A stretch of DNA of 62,465 nucleotides, the filler included, from Stramenopiles sp. TOSAG23-2 (lineage: Eukaryota): NCBI GenBank assembly GCA_900128395.1. It is 7 parts of 7 records of this genome, joined end to end, with 100 filler letters (N's around TTAATTAATTAA, not from the genome) between each part and the next. Parts side by side here need not be neighbours in the genome. Positions count along the whole stretch, not along the records: positions 8,973 to 17,839 come from LT650157.1; positions 17,940 to 26,785 come from LT650158.1; 5 more parts are not named here. One strand, written 5' to 3'. This document shows positions 11,047 through 21,881 of the stretch, in pieces. Position numbers and translations under genes: made by a program. The notes beneath the pieces were generated by a model. The model was given only the letters and a program-made list of their open reading frames with translations. It was not told the origin of the DNA and searched no databases. Each line of letters opens with the position of its first letter. Position 1 is the stretch's first letter.

Positions 11047-14000
11047 ATGAGTGAGCAAGAAAAAACCGAGACGCAAGAACCCGTCCAAGAAGAACAAGAG
11101 AAGAAAGAAAAACAAGAAAAACAAGAAAAACACGAGGAGCAACAGGAGCTAGAAAAAATGGAACATGGGGAGGAGAAGGAGGAGGAAGAAGACTCGGATG
11201 AAGATTCTGGCGAAGTTGAAGCAGAGCATCTACATTTTGAGGGAGTAGATTATGGTCTTTTACCAAACGGGGATGTATATACAGAAGAAGGTGAATATGC
11301 GGGGAAATGGGATCCAACAAAGCAGAAAATAATGAAGGAAGAAGAAATTGCACACGAACACTTAAAACATAGACTAACATTTGCCCCCCAAGAATTAAAG
11401 GGCTTAGAAGGCTGTTTTGAGATGATTGACGAGGATAAATCAGGTACGTTAGATTTCAATGAAATTTCAAAAATGTTGGTTGTTGCTGGTTGTATAGTTA
11501 AAGACGAAGTATTATTAGACATTTTTCCAAACTCCGCAACAATAGGTCTTACTGTTAGAGAATTTATAAATGTCTGTTCCCGTAATAAAGACGATCCAGA
11601 AAAAGGGCCAGTAATTGATAGCATAATGAAAAGCGCAGAAAGATTTGCTCTGAAAACATTTAAGAAAGATGAAATATTAGATAAAGAAGAATTGGACCAA
11701 CTGCGTTTATTATTGCGTAAACATTCATATGGTACAACAGGATTTGACCCTACCAAAATATTTAAACGTTGGGATAAAGATAAAGATGGAATGTTAGATT
11801 TCGATGAAATGCATGATTTAATATTTTCGTTAGGGCCAGATCTATCTGAAATAGAATATGAACAATTTTTCCAATATTTAGATCATGATGGCGACGATTT
11901 TATACAAGAGATGCAGTTCTCAGCGTTTATAAGGAAAGAGACTGGCAAAATTGTTCGTAAAAAAAATCGCACGGTAACAAATGCACAAGGAGACAAACAT
12001 TTTATTGATGGTATGCGTGATGATCCTGGTGATGCGAAATTAAAACGTTTCGATGGACGTGCAACTGGTGACGGGAAATGGTCCGCAGATAATATTCTTG
12101 ATGAAAATGAAATTTTAACAGTGAAAAAAAGAATACGTGCAGCTGCATATTATGGGGCTGAAGGATGTGACGTAAGACGTCTATTTAACGAATGGGATAA
12201 AGATCACAATGGCACATTAGATAGGGAAGAATTAGAAGTTCAATTAAAACGTTGCTTGCCAAAATCAGGAATAACAACGGAAGAATTAACACAACTGATA
12301 GATAAAGTAGATACAGGCGGAGATGGAGAGATACAAGTAGAAGAGTTTGTAAAATTTGTTGAAACTAATCCCGAAAAAGTATTGAAATCAAATGGTCGAG
12401 AGACTATTGAATCAAAGCGTGACGTGAAGGAAATAGTTGAGAGCAGAGCCATGTTTTCCCCGGCGGAATTAGTAGAATTGCAAAAATCATTTCAAAAAGC
12501 CGATATTAATAATAATGGGGAAATAGAAGCAGATGAAATGAAAGCAATTTTTGACATATTTGATGCTGATTTATCCGATGAAGCATTGCAATCAATGATA
12601 AAACATGTAGATACAAATAATGACGGCGTAGTCGACTTTGGAGAGTTTATAATTATGTGCGCTAATGCAAAGAAAAATAAGATGCATGATAAAATATTTG
12701 ATAAATTGGCTGCTTTTGCACATATAGCTTCTGAAAAAGTAGGAAATGCGGATGATGTTTTAGATGCTACAGAATTAGACCAAATTCGTATACGCTGGCG
12801 TACACAGTCATATTCTACAAAGGGCTTAGACGTTGAAGGATTGTTTAAAATATTCGATAGGGATAAAGACGATAGATTAAGTTACGATGATTTGCACTAC
12901 AGCATGAAGATTCCAGGAGAATTGAGCGAGGAAGAATTTTCACAATTTTTTAATTATCTTGATCATGACGATGATGATTATGTAAGATTGAAAGAATTCA
13001 AAGCATTCATCATGGTTCGAAAAAGAGGTGTAAGAAAACGTGTTGATAAAGAAATGACACTAGCTATGTCAGGGTCTATGTTTAACGCAGGTGTCCGAGA
13101 CGATCTTGTATTAGATCCGATATCAGATGCTAAATGGAATCCAGATGGGGTGTTGGACGATGATGAAATTATGATGATCAAACGTAAAGTTCGTGCGGCG
13201 TCATATGGAACTGGGGGGCAAAACATTAAGAGATTATTTGCTCAATGGGATAAAGATCAGAGTGGAAACTTAGATTTAGTTGAAATAAGCACTATATTGA
13301 AAAAAATCTTGCCAAAGGCTGGAATATCAGATAAAGAATTGCAACAATTTTTGAAACTTTTGGATAAAGACGACGATGGTCAAATTAGTTTGCAGGAACT
13401 GGAAGACTTCTTAAAGCCAAAAGATGGTCAAAAATATATATCGGCGAAAAAAGCTGAAAAGATAAAAGCTCGAAAAGCACGTAAAGCTGAGCAGGAAAAA
13501 GCCCGTCTAGAAAGCTTGAATGATGCTAAAAGTAAGGCAAAAAAAATTATAATACAGAAAAAGCCAACAATTGATAATTCGCACCAAGAAACAGCGGAGT
13601 ATAAACTGGTAAATACCGTTAGAGACACGTTTGGCTTGCAAGAAATCAATGAGATGAAGAAGCAGTTTAGACGTCTAGATAAAGACGATTCAAAAAAACT
13701 GGACAAATCTGAAGTTGCACAAATGTTTAATGGTTTCAACGTAAAGATAAGCGAAGAGGAATTAAATGATATGATTAAATTGGTTGACATTGATGGAGTA
13801 AGTGATGGGCTAGTTGATATCAAAGAGTTTTTATACATGTGTGCATTAGCAAAGAAAAGTAAATATGCAGATAAGTTTGAGAAGTTATCTCATTCAGTGG
13901 AAAAACGAGCTGAAAAAAACCCTCCTAAACTCAGTGAATACGATTTGCAGCAGATTTTATTGAATTTCAGGGACGCAGCACGGACTTTACGCGGGATTGA

Positions 14001-15879
14001 TCCGTTAAAGCTATTTAGAAGACTTGATAAGGACAAAGATGGATTTTTAAATGATGCAGAGTTTAAACGAGCTGTAAAGTCTATTATGCCCGATTTCACT
14101 CCAGCCCAATTTAATGAATTTCAACGTTACATGAATACAACCGGAACTGGAAAGATCGGTATTGCTGAGTTTTGTCATTTTGTCGATCAAAAGCCTACTG
14201 TGAAGCGAACAGCAACATCAAAAATAGATGGATTCAGCTCTAATATGCGTGCTGGTGCGGCGGCGAAAAAAGTACAGGATGTTTTGCATGGAAAGTTGAA
14301 TTGGACAGACGATAAGGATTTGCCCCAAGAGCATATTTTACAAACGCAAAGTACAATTTTGTCACGATCATATAAAATGTATGGAACAGATTTAGAAGCA
14401 TTGTTTACATCTTGGGATAGAGATTTTGATGGAAAGTTAAGCTTCAAAGAGTTTTATTTGGGATTAAGAAAATATTTAGATCTATCATCGTTTTCAAGAA
14501 AGGAATATATTATGCTGTGGCAACATTTAGATCGCACAAAAAATGGTTTTATTGAACTAGATGAGCTAGAAGCATTTCTAGAAAGAGACTATTATGACTA
14601 CGGTGCATCAGAAGGAAGAACGTTATCGGCTAAAGAGCTTGACCGTTTAAAATTTCAAATAAAAATAAAAGCATATGGGACACATGGGGAAGACTTATAT
14701 CAATTATTTCAAAAATGGGATAAGGATGATAGTGGCACCATGTCAAAAAAGGAATTTAGAAATTTCTTGAATAAGATAATGCCAGGAGTGCTTTCCCCCG
14801 CTGAACTTTCCATCGTTCTGAACGAATTGGATAAAGAAGGCGACAACGAGATATCGTTTGCGGAGTTTGAAACATTCGTAAATGCTGAAAGCCATACATT
14901 AAATTCTAATAAAAAAGGAAAACTCAAACAAACTTATGACATAGAGCCTGACGTTTTTGATAAATTGATGCCTTCTGAATTATTACAAGCCTTAAAAATG
15001 TCACATTTCAAAAGAACAGAAGAAAAGGAACTAGACAAAGTCGTTGCTGAGCTTGGTATGACCTATGAAGATGAAGAAGAGGCGAAAAAGTTGAGAAAGG
15101 CATTCCCAAATGCTGAAGTCGAATGGGCGGGAAAAAAGAAAAATAAAGAGAGAGAAAAGGTAGAATATGCAAAGAAATTAAGAGATGCTGTTATCATACC
15201 GGAAGGAAGCGATGAGACATGGAAAGTACGTGATGATGATCCCGAAGAATTGCTGGCAACTTCACATAGAGTAGCATTGGCAACTGCACAAAAAAATAAT
15301 GTCAAAACTATGAATAAAAATGGCAGTGTGGATCGTTTTTTTGCTGAACCAAACGAGCAGAAGATATCAATTCCTCCCACACGAGGTTTTGTCCATGGTG
15401 TATTTGCCATGCCAAATATAATGAGCTTGCAACATGGTGGTGCATTGGCAGATGATTTTGATGTAAGTTGGAAAGAATTAAACGTAGATTATATAGATCT
15501 TGTATTATCAGAAAGACATCAATTACAGGAAATCATGGAAGCAGCAAAAATGGATCAAATTTACAATGATCAAAAAGTTTACCCACGATATCAATATGAA
15601 GAACACAACTCGCATGATAGATTTGTAGATACATTGACTGGAAGACGAGCATCCAAAGCAGCTCGTGATAAACAGAAATTATTAACAAAAGGAATGTCCA
15701 CTGATAGATTGTCTCCAACAAAATCATTTGGCACACAAACCGAGAAAAAGAAAAGAAAGAGGAGAAAAAAGAAGAAGCTAGGCACAATTATCCCATCGCC
15801 ACCAAAAGGGAATGCATCTGGTGCGATATTAGCCAGCAATTCACCAAGAGCAGGAAAAAATCTAGCTAAAACGAAGTAA
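11047..15879 (+). CDS. Giant multi-EF-hand calcium-binding protein (about 10 EF-hand pairs)
   Basis: Repeated DxDxxGxxxxxE loops (DEDKSGTLD, DKDKDGMLD, DHDGDDFIQ, DKDHNGTLD, DTGGDGEIQ, DINNNGEIE, DTNNDGVVD etc.) in a single 1610-aa ORF. Confidence 0.93.
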   Translation: MSEQEKTETQEPVQEEQEKKEKQEKQEKHEEQQELEKMEHGEEKEEEEDSDEDSGEVEAEHLHFEGVDYGLLPNGDVYTEEGEYAGKWDPTKQKIMKEEEIAHEHLKHRLTFAPQELKGLEGCFEMIDEDKSGTLDFNEISKMLVVAGCIVKDEVLLDIFPNSATIGLTVREFINVCSRNKDDPEKGPVIDSIMKSAERFALKTFKKDEILDKEELDQLRLLLRKHSYGTTGFDPTKIFKRWDKDKDGMLDFDEMHDLIFSLGPDLSEIEYEQFFQYLDHDGDDFIQEMQFSAFIRKETGKIVRKKNRTVTNAQGDKHFIDGMRDDPGDAKLKRFDGRATGDGKWSADNILDENEILTVKKRIRAAAYYGAEGCDVRRLFNEWDKDHNGTLDREELEVQLKRCLPKSGITTEELTQLIDKVDTGGDGEIQVEEFVKFVETNPEKVLKSNGRETIESKRDVKEIVESRAMFSPAELVELQKSFQKADINNNGEIEADEMKAIFDIFDADLSDEALQSMIKHVDTNNDGVVDFGEFIIMCANAKKNKMHDKIFDKLAAFAHIASEKVGNADDVLDATELDQIRIRWRTQSYSTKGLDVEGLFKIFDRDKDDRLSYDDLHYSMKIPGELSEEEFSQFFNYLDHDDDDYVRLKEFKAFIMVRKRGVRKRVDKEMTLAMSGSMFNAGVRDDLVLDPISDAKWNPDGVLDDDEIMMIKRKVRAASYGTGGQNIKRLFAQWDKDQSGNLDLVEISTILKKILPKAGISDKELQQFLKLLDKDDDGQISLQELEDFLKPKDGQKYISAKKAEKIKARKARKAEQEKARLESLNDAKSKAKKIIIQKKPTIDNSHQETAEYKLVNTVRDTFGLQEINEMKKQFRRLDKDDSKKLDKSEVAQMFNGFNVKISEEELNDMIKLVDIDGVSDGLVDIKEFLYMCALAKKSKYADKFEKLSHSVEKRAEKNPPKLSEYDLQQILLNFRDAARTLRGIDPLKLFRRLDKDKDGFLNDAEFKRAVKSIMPDFTPAQFNEFQRYMNTTGTGKIGIAEFCHFVDQKPTVKRTATSKIDGFSSNMRAGAAAKKVQDVLHGKLNWTDDKDLPQEHILQTQSTILSRSYKMYGTDLEALFTSWDRDFDGKLSFKEFYLGLRKYLDLSSFSRKEYIMLWQHLDRTKNGFIELDELEAFLERDYYDYGASEGRTLSAKELDRLKFQIKIKAYGTHGEDLYQLFQKWDKDDSGTMSKKEFRNFLNKIMPGVLSPAELSIVLNELDKEGDNEISFAEFETFVNAESHTLNSNKKGKLKQTYDIEPDVFDKLMPSELLQALKMSHFKRTEEKELDKVVAELGMTYEDEEEAKKLRKAFPNAEVEWAGKKKNKEREKVEYAKKLRDAVIIPEGSDETWKVRDDDPEELLATSHRVALATAQKNNVKTMNKNGSVDRFFAEPNEQKISIPPTRGFVHGVFAMPNIMSLQHGGALADDFDVSWKELNVDYIDLVLSERHQLQEIMEAAKMDQIYNDQKVYPRYQYEEHNSHDRFVDTLTGRRASKAARDKQKLLTKGMSTDRLSPTKSFGTQTEKKKRKRRKKKKLGTIIPSPPKGNASGAILASNSPRAGKNLAKTK

Positions 15880-15919
15880 GCTCTGTATTTTGACTTGTAT
15901 ATATAATTTTTAATTTACG

Positions 15920-15994
15920 CATAATTTATTGTTTTTAATTTTACTCATGATAATTCCTACTCTTCAAAAGAATACAATAACTGAAATAATCTAT
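15920..15994. repeat. Dispersed AT-rich repeat, copy 1 (second copy at 20575..20656)
   Basis: cataattta...ttactcat(g/a)ataattcctactcttcaaaa...gaatacaa...tgaaataatctat shared with another contig. Confidence 0.7.
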
Positions 15995-16756
15995 ATATAT
16001 ATATTTTATTTAAAATTCTAAAATATCTGTGTACATCCCCTGTGTATTTGTATTAAAACAGTCGTCCAGCATTATACGACGTATATATATATATATAAAA
16101 AATTCTCTTACTTAAAATTTAAAAAGATTTTATTTACTCATAAATATATATAATATGTAAACACTAAAAACGATGAATACTTATAATAATATGTCAAAAG
16201 TAATTTCATAAAATGGAAAAGATATAACCGTATCCTCATGCAATTCCTTATATTGATTTCCGTCTTTAAAAGATCCCGTTATGCTTATGCCCCGGTCCTC
16301 ATCATGGGAGTTCTCAATTCTTGTATCGGTATAGATATTTTTTTTTGATTGACCGACGTGTGTCAGAATAGAGTCATTCCTGATGTGTTCCTCATGCAAT
16401 AATTTTATAACCGTGTGACCAATAGAGACGTATATATATATATATACTTCGTCGTAATATATATATATATATTATATATAATACTGTACCGTATATCATG
16501 TATATATATATATATATATATACATGTGTATAATTAGGGTGTATATGAGTTGTGTATGTACGCACAGTCGTTTCAACACACAAATTTTCTCTATACTACT
16601 TTAATGACTTTTCCCTCCTACCTATAGAGAGGATATTATTATTATAAAATTTAACATTTATTTACATCGATTTTGATATACTACAGTATATGTATATAAG
16701 TTGTGTAAAAACCAAACATATTTTGTACTATAGAAAACAATAGAATAACTTCAACC

Positions 16757-17824
16757 ATGTCGCGAGTTATAGGTAACATTAATAAATATTCTGCAATAAC
16801 ACCATCCTGTGGCACTTTGGTATTGATTGGTGGTGGAAATTATATGAATATGTTGCGAACGGTTGTTCAATTAGCAGGTGGTAAAGAAGATATTAAAATT
16901 TGTATAATTTGCACAGCAATGGAGCCGCGACACGTTGGCGCAGCATTTATGATGATGAAGGATTCTTTTGAAAGCATAGGCGTGAAGATGGATAACATTG
17001 TTTCATTACATGCAGCTGATCCTAGCGAAACGCTGGTTGAAGATTTTTGTGATGATATAGATTCAGCAACGTTGGTTTGGTTAGACGGTGGTAGGCAAAG
17101 AACGGTTGTTCAATTAGCAGGTGGTAAAGAAGATATTAAAATTTGTATAATTTGTACAGCAATGGAACCGCGACACGTTGGCGCAGCATTTATGATGATG
17201 AAAGATTCTTTTGAAAGCATAGGCGTGAAGATGGATAACATTGTATCATTACATGCAGCTGATCCTAGCGAAACGCTGGTTGAAGGTTTTTCACTACTAT
17301 ATCTAAGTCGTTGCAACCAAACCAATCTGCCACCATGGCAATGGAGACTATCTGATTCCTATTTGAATACACCGGTGATATCTGCATTACATAGATTATT
17401 AGGTCGAAATGGTGTTATTGCTGGAACATCTGCTGGTGCATCATGGATAGCATCGTACTTAGCCAGAGGTGATTCAGAATCTAATGTACCAATTGTTGGC
17501 GATCATATAATTGGCTCTGGACTTGTAAAAAACGTTGCTGTAGATCAACATTTATTAAGACGTAATCGACAATTTCAAATGTTGGAAATAGTAAATAAAA
17601 ATCCTACTTTATTGGGCATCGGGTTGGACGAGGCTACGGGTCTTGTCATACAAAATGGCAGAGGTATTGTTATTGGGAGTTCCTATGTCGTTTTTTATGC
17701 ATCTCAACAATATTTAAAGGAAATGCAACAGAGTCCATGGCATGAAGTTGGTGGTCCATTTATTTTTTTAAATCCCGGTAGCGTAATTGATTTGCAACAT
17801 CGAGTTATTTTACAAAAGCGATGA
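16757..17824 (+). CDS. cphB: Cyanophycinase (peptidase S51, CphB-like); contains a 243-bp in-frame duplication, native length about 274 aa
   Basis: GTLVLIGGG, GGRQ, nucleophile GTSAGA, DQH..RRNR, GIGLDEATGL motifs (Ser-His-Glu triad). Confidence 0.88.
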   Translation: MSRVIGNINKYSAITPSCGTLVLIGGGNYMNMLRTVVQLAGGKEDIKICIICTAMEPRHVGAAFMMMKDSFESIGVKMDNIVSLHAADPSETLVEDFCDDIDSATLVWLDGGRQRTVVQLAGGKEDIKICIICTAMEPRHVGAAFMMMKDSFESIGVKMDNIVSLHAADPSETLVEGFSLLYLSRCNQTNLPPWQWRLSDSYLNTPVISALHRLLGRNGVIAGTSAGASWIASYLARGDSESNVPIVGDHIIGSGLVKNVAVDQHLLRRNRQFQMLEIVNKNPTLLGIGLDEATGLVIQNGRGIVIGSSYVVFYASQQYLKEMQQSPWHEVGGPFIFLNPGSVIDLQHRVILQKR

Positions 17825-17839
17825 TGTATGAATTTATTA

Positions 17840-17939
17840 NNNNNNNNNNNNNNNNNNNNNNNNNNNNNNNNNNNNNNNNNNNNTTAATTAATTAANNNNN
17901 NNNNNNNNNNNNNNNNNNNNNNNNNNNNNNNNNNNNNNN
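17840..17939. other. Artificial contig linker
   Basis: N44-TTAATTAATTAA-N44. Confidence 0.99.
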
Positions 17940-18902
17940 CTTTTTTAAGGTTGCTAATCGTTTTGCCTCTTCTTCCTTGTCTTTCCTATTCAACTCTTCC
18001 CGTTCTTTCTCCTCTAATATTCGCAAACGTTCTAATTCTTGCTCTTCTAATTTCGCAGCCATTTCAACTTTTGCAGCTTCTTTCATTTGTTCATACAACC
18101 TTTGAAAAAATCTAACCCGTTTTGTTGTCTCCGCAGCCATTTCTTTGGTGCTTTCTAACTCTCGTTTTAAAAATTTGTTCTCTTTTGTACATGTTTTATT
18201 CTCATCTAACAATTTCGTTACACGATGGGACAAATAATGTAATTCAGTTGTCAAACGTGAATTTTCCTCAATAGTTGTTTTCGTCGTAGAATCTAACATC
18301 CGTTCTAGTTTACTCTCCATTTCCTCCCTAACATTTTTTACATCGTGGCGGCGTCTTCGCTCACCTTTTTCATGCGTATCTTGCACCTTTCGTTCCAACT
18401 CTTGTATTTTTTCAATGGTGTCTTGTGTCTGTTGCCTAAGTTTTTCTTTCAGTTCGTGTATTTGCTCTTCAAACTCTTGTTTTAATTTTTCATATGCTTC
18501 TAACGTCGCTAGTCGTTCTTCCAAGACTATAATTTGTTGCTTCATTTCTTGCTCAATATTTGCCCTTTCAATTCGAAAATGTTCTAATTTTTTTGCATGG
18601 CTTTTCACTGTATCTTTATTCAAAATAGTAAGAGCTTCCGTCTGTTCAGTCAGTTCAGCGACTTTACTTTCAGCTATTTTCAAATTTCTTGTCAAGTGTT
18701 GGTTGCTACCTTCTAATTGGTCTTTTTCCTCTTCAAATTGTTTTTTTAAGTTAATAATTTCCATTTTTGTATTACGGTTTTCCAACGCCATTTTAGAATA
18801 TATGTCATGCTGCGCATCTCGATCTAACATGCCACCCGTGATAGACAAGAATTTTGCCTTATCCTTAGTTGATAGCTCTGACATGTAGAAGTTGGACGCC
18901 AT
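17940..18902 (-). CDS. CFAP157: Coiled-coil cilia/flagella-associated protein, CFAP157-like (3' truncated by contig end)
   Basis: Coiled coil with LATLEAY...ELERK...LDSTTKTTIEENSRLTTEL...KLLDEN pattern resembling CFAP157, recognised by eye. Confidence 0.6.
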
Positions 18903-19559
18903 TTTTTAAAATGATCGCTGTTGGTAATATTTTACAAAGTGTGTGCACGCAAGTTAAAGTGTAATACAGTTACCAAATTACAATAATATATTGCAAACAA
19001 AAATAAAATGATATAACAAATGACAGCAATAAATGATATATGTATATAGGTACTATGAAAAAATTAGGCTAATTATTAAATATTCGTATAAAAGCAGAAA
19101 AGACTAAGAAGTAGAATAGATGTTCACGAGTGATCTTTCTTTCTAAATCATTTATTCTTGAATATGTTCTCTAACATCAATGTGTATCCATACATACATA
19201 AAGAATGTTTTATGCTGTAGTAGTATAATATTATTTGTACCAGGTAATATATATACAACAATAATAATAAAACGCATCTCCCAGACAAATTTTCACTGGC
19301 AATAGCTATTGACAGAACCCTATTTATAACTATATCTGGAAAAGAGTAGTCGCTATGATAGTGCTAATATCGGATATTTATATTGACACAAATCTATTAG
19401 TTTTGTAATTTCGGTCAACTGGCAGTGGTAGTACAAACAAATAGTTGCTGTTACGGCCTACATATTTATGCCCTTTAAATTCCCTATCAAATAATTTTCA
19501 ATCACTATATTTCTAATATTAAATTGATTAAATATTGAATTATTGGTATTAATACTTAC

Positions 19560-20020
19560 TGAGAGGGCATCTGGGCGTTCGTGTGTCCCGACTAGCTCTA
19601 GCGAGGGCAGGCACATAATTAAGTATGGTAGTAAAACATGTGGAAAATTTGGTGCCGGAGGTTGCAACTGCGGTTACGAAACATTTACAAACGACAATTT
19701 CAATTCATTCTTGGCCTCTTTATCTGCACCATCTTCAACTCCTCCTTCTCAAGAAGAATCCGTATCAAGTTGGATCGAAACAGGTAGGTACGCGGATAGG
19801 AAGCAGCAGGGCGATTCGCCATAGGGTAGGCCTTGGATATACCGTGGCAACTTGTCAAACAGCATGCAGCAATAATAGCTACAAATAATTTGCAATGCAA
19901 GATAATGATAATGGGCCTGAATGTTTTTGTGACCATGACTGAAGCCACCGGTAGTTTATTGCAACTACGTTTACGAAACAGTTAAAAAAATGACAATTCC
20001 GCTTCATTCTTGGCCTCTTT
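19560..20020 (+). pseudogene. Degenerate Cys-rich (WSC-like) repeat gene remnant
   Basis: Frameshifted fragments GYTVATCQTACS...FAMQDN..GPECFC and KYGSKTCGKFGAGGCNCGYE; internal repeat 19661..19721 vs 19959..20020. Confidence 0.35.
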
Positions 20021-20574
20021 ATTTAGTTTAGCCCAGAGTGGCCCGCACCCTGGGTTAGAGGGCGACAATTATAAACGGTATATTAAAACTAGAAACTCCA
20101 TGCCTGCGTGAGAGTATTAAGTACATATAATAATATGAGGCTACTGAGAAAATCACCAAACATAAAAAAATATACCTCTCCCTGGGCTCTCTCAATTTTT
20201 CATAACACATTATTATCGAACGTTCATACCATACGTAACGAATCATTTCCCTAAATCATTTTGCTGTCAGATATCCTTTGATATTCACATAGTATGATCT
20301 TGTTTCTAGTCCGTTGACTTCATAAACTCGTAATATCAAATATAGTTCTAGTCCGTGATTGACACTTCGTAAAACGCATAACATAAACGGTCTTATTATT
20401 ACCTTAATATCCTAAACACTGGATAAAGTAATAATCTATATCTCTTTGTTGATATTTAGTGAATTTAGCTATACTACCAGGTACTAAGTATTGTCCAAAA
20501 TCGTACTTATGGTTTATAGCGTGTGATATAAAATTTAGTATTAGTTGGTATAATTAACATAAAAACATGCATAT

Positions 20575-20656
20575 CATAATTTATATTTTAATTTACTCAT
20601 AATAATTCCTACTCTTCAAAAAGAATACAAGATATATGATCATTGAAATAATCTAT
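20575..20656. repeat. Dispersed AT-rich repeat, copy 2 (see 15920..15994)
   Basis: Near-identical to 15920..15994 on a different contig. Confidence 0.7.
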
Positions 20657-20774
20657 CTCACACACTAGTGTATTATATATTTTTACGAACTTCGTATAAA
20701 ATATTTTTTTATTATTTTATAAAAAAAGAGATATTTTCTATACATTTTCCCCTCTCACATATTTAAATTTTTGT

Positions 20775-21881
20775 TCATTTTACAACAGTTTCAACACGCA
20801 TCCTCTCATGTTGAATTGTTTGCTTTTTTTGCTTATCTTTCAAATATGCGCCTGCAAATAATGGGACGAACACTAACGAAGCATAGATAAAATGATAAAT
20901 ACCAAATGGCTTCGGAAAAAAAAGGAATGACAAAATTATAGTAAAGACTTTTCTCAAAGTGGATACAATTGTTGTATTTACACCTCCAATTAATTTGACT
21001 AATTTCAAATAACACGATACACCAACGAAGGTTGAACTAGCACAAAATATAGTCATTACAAATATGTCTGGTTGTGATAATAATGAATTAATAATATCAG
21101 ATACACCATTTGAAATGATAAATATAGAAAAGCTAATAATCGAGCTATAAAAATTCACATTCCCCATTGTATAAAAAGGTGAATGACCTTTTCTCATTAC
21201 ACGTTCTTGTATGTTTGGCGCTATGGAATCCAGTGTTATAGCAAACACAAGTAACAACATACCAAATAATGATGATGTTTGATAATTTGTTGTTTTACTA
21301 TTTGTTTTTGTAGAAGTAACATATGCAAAACCTGATAATCCAAAACACATGGAAAATGCAAATACATAATCAATTAATTTAATTTTTTTACCTTTAAACA
21401 TCAAAGTTGAAACAACCATTGTTGGAATTAATTTGCATGATTTTCCAATCACTTTGATGGGGTAAGTAACGTGTGTGATTGCCATATTTGCAGCACCAAC
21501 ACTACCATAAACCAATATAGTCAACAATAAAAAATCTTTTCTACTATCTTGTTTGTTGGAAAAAATATCTTTTAAAAAATTTATTGGTTCTACAAAATAG
21601 GCACCAATAAAACAACCTAAACAATCTAAAAAGCCTAACCATTTCCCTGAGGCAGCAGTTTTACCGAATCTATTTATTAGAAGTTCTTGAGTTCCATCAT
21701 GTACTAACATAGCAACAAAAAAAATAAAGCTATACAGGAAAACCATTTTGAATGTGGATACTGTACTATTATTATTTTTCACATCATCTATTTTATTATT
21801 GATAATTTGTTTTCGTCCTCCATTTTCCAGATTGTTCAAGATAGGAGATGGAGGGGATGAATTCATCTTTGATTTGTACAT
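20775..21881 (-). CDS. UAA-family nucleotide-sugar/PAPS transporter (SLC35B-like)
   Basis: About 10 TM helices; YPIKVIGKSCKLIPTM, D...PNIQE, STLRKVFTIILSFLFFPKPF motifs; start at first ATG (21881) or 21866. Confidence 0.9.
   Translation of the reverse strand: MYKSKMNSSPPSPILNNLENGGRKQIINNKIDDVKNNNSTVSTFKMVFLYSFIFFVAMLVHDGTQELLINRFGKTAASGKWLGFLDCLGCFIGAYFVEPINFLKDIFSNKQDSRKDFLLLTILVYGSVGAANMAITHVTYPIKVIGKSCKLIPTMVVSTLMFKGKKIKLIDYVFAFSMCFGLSGFAYVTSTKTNSKTTNYQTSSLFGMLLLVFAITLDSIAPNIQERVMRKGHSPFYTMGNVNFYSSIISFSIFIISNGVSDIINSLLSQPDIFVMTIFCASSTFVGVSCYLKLVKLIGGVNTTIVSTLRKVFTIILSFLFFPKPFGIYHFIYASLVFVPLFAGAYLKDKQKKQTIQHERMRVETVVK

Noticed and set aside
16181-16399. 72-aa ORF between the EF-hand gene and cyanophycinase
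   Set aside because: No recognisable motif or supporting signals
17100-17342. Real internal domain duplication or novel insert in cyanophycinase
   Set aside because: Copy differs mainly by synonymous SNPs, and the apparent novel peptide SLLYLSRCNQTNLPPW is just the complemented block
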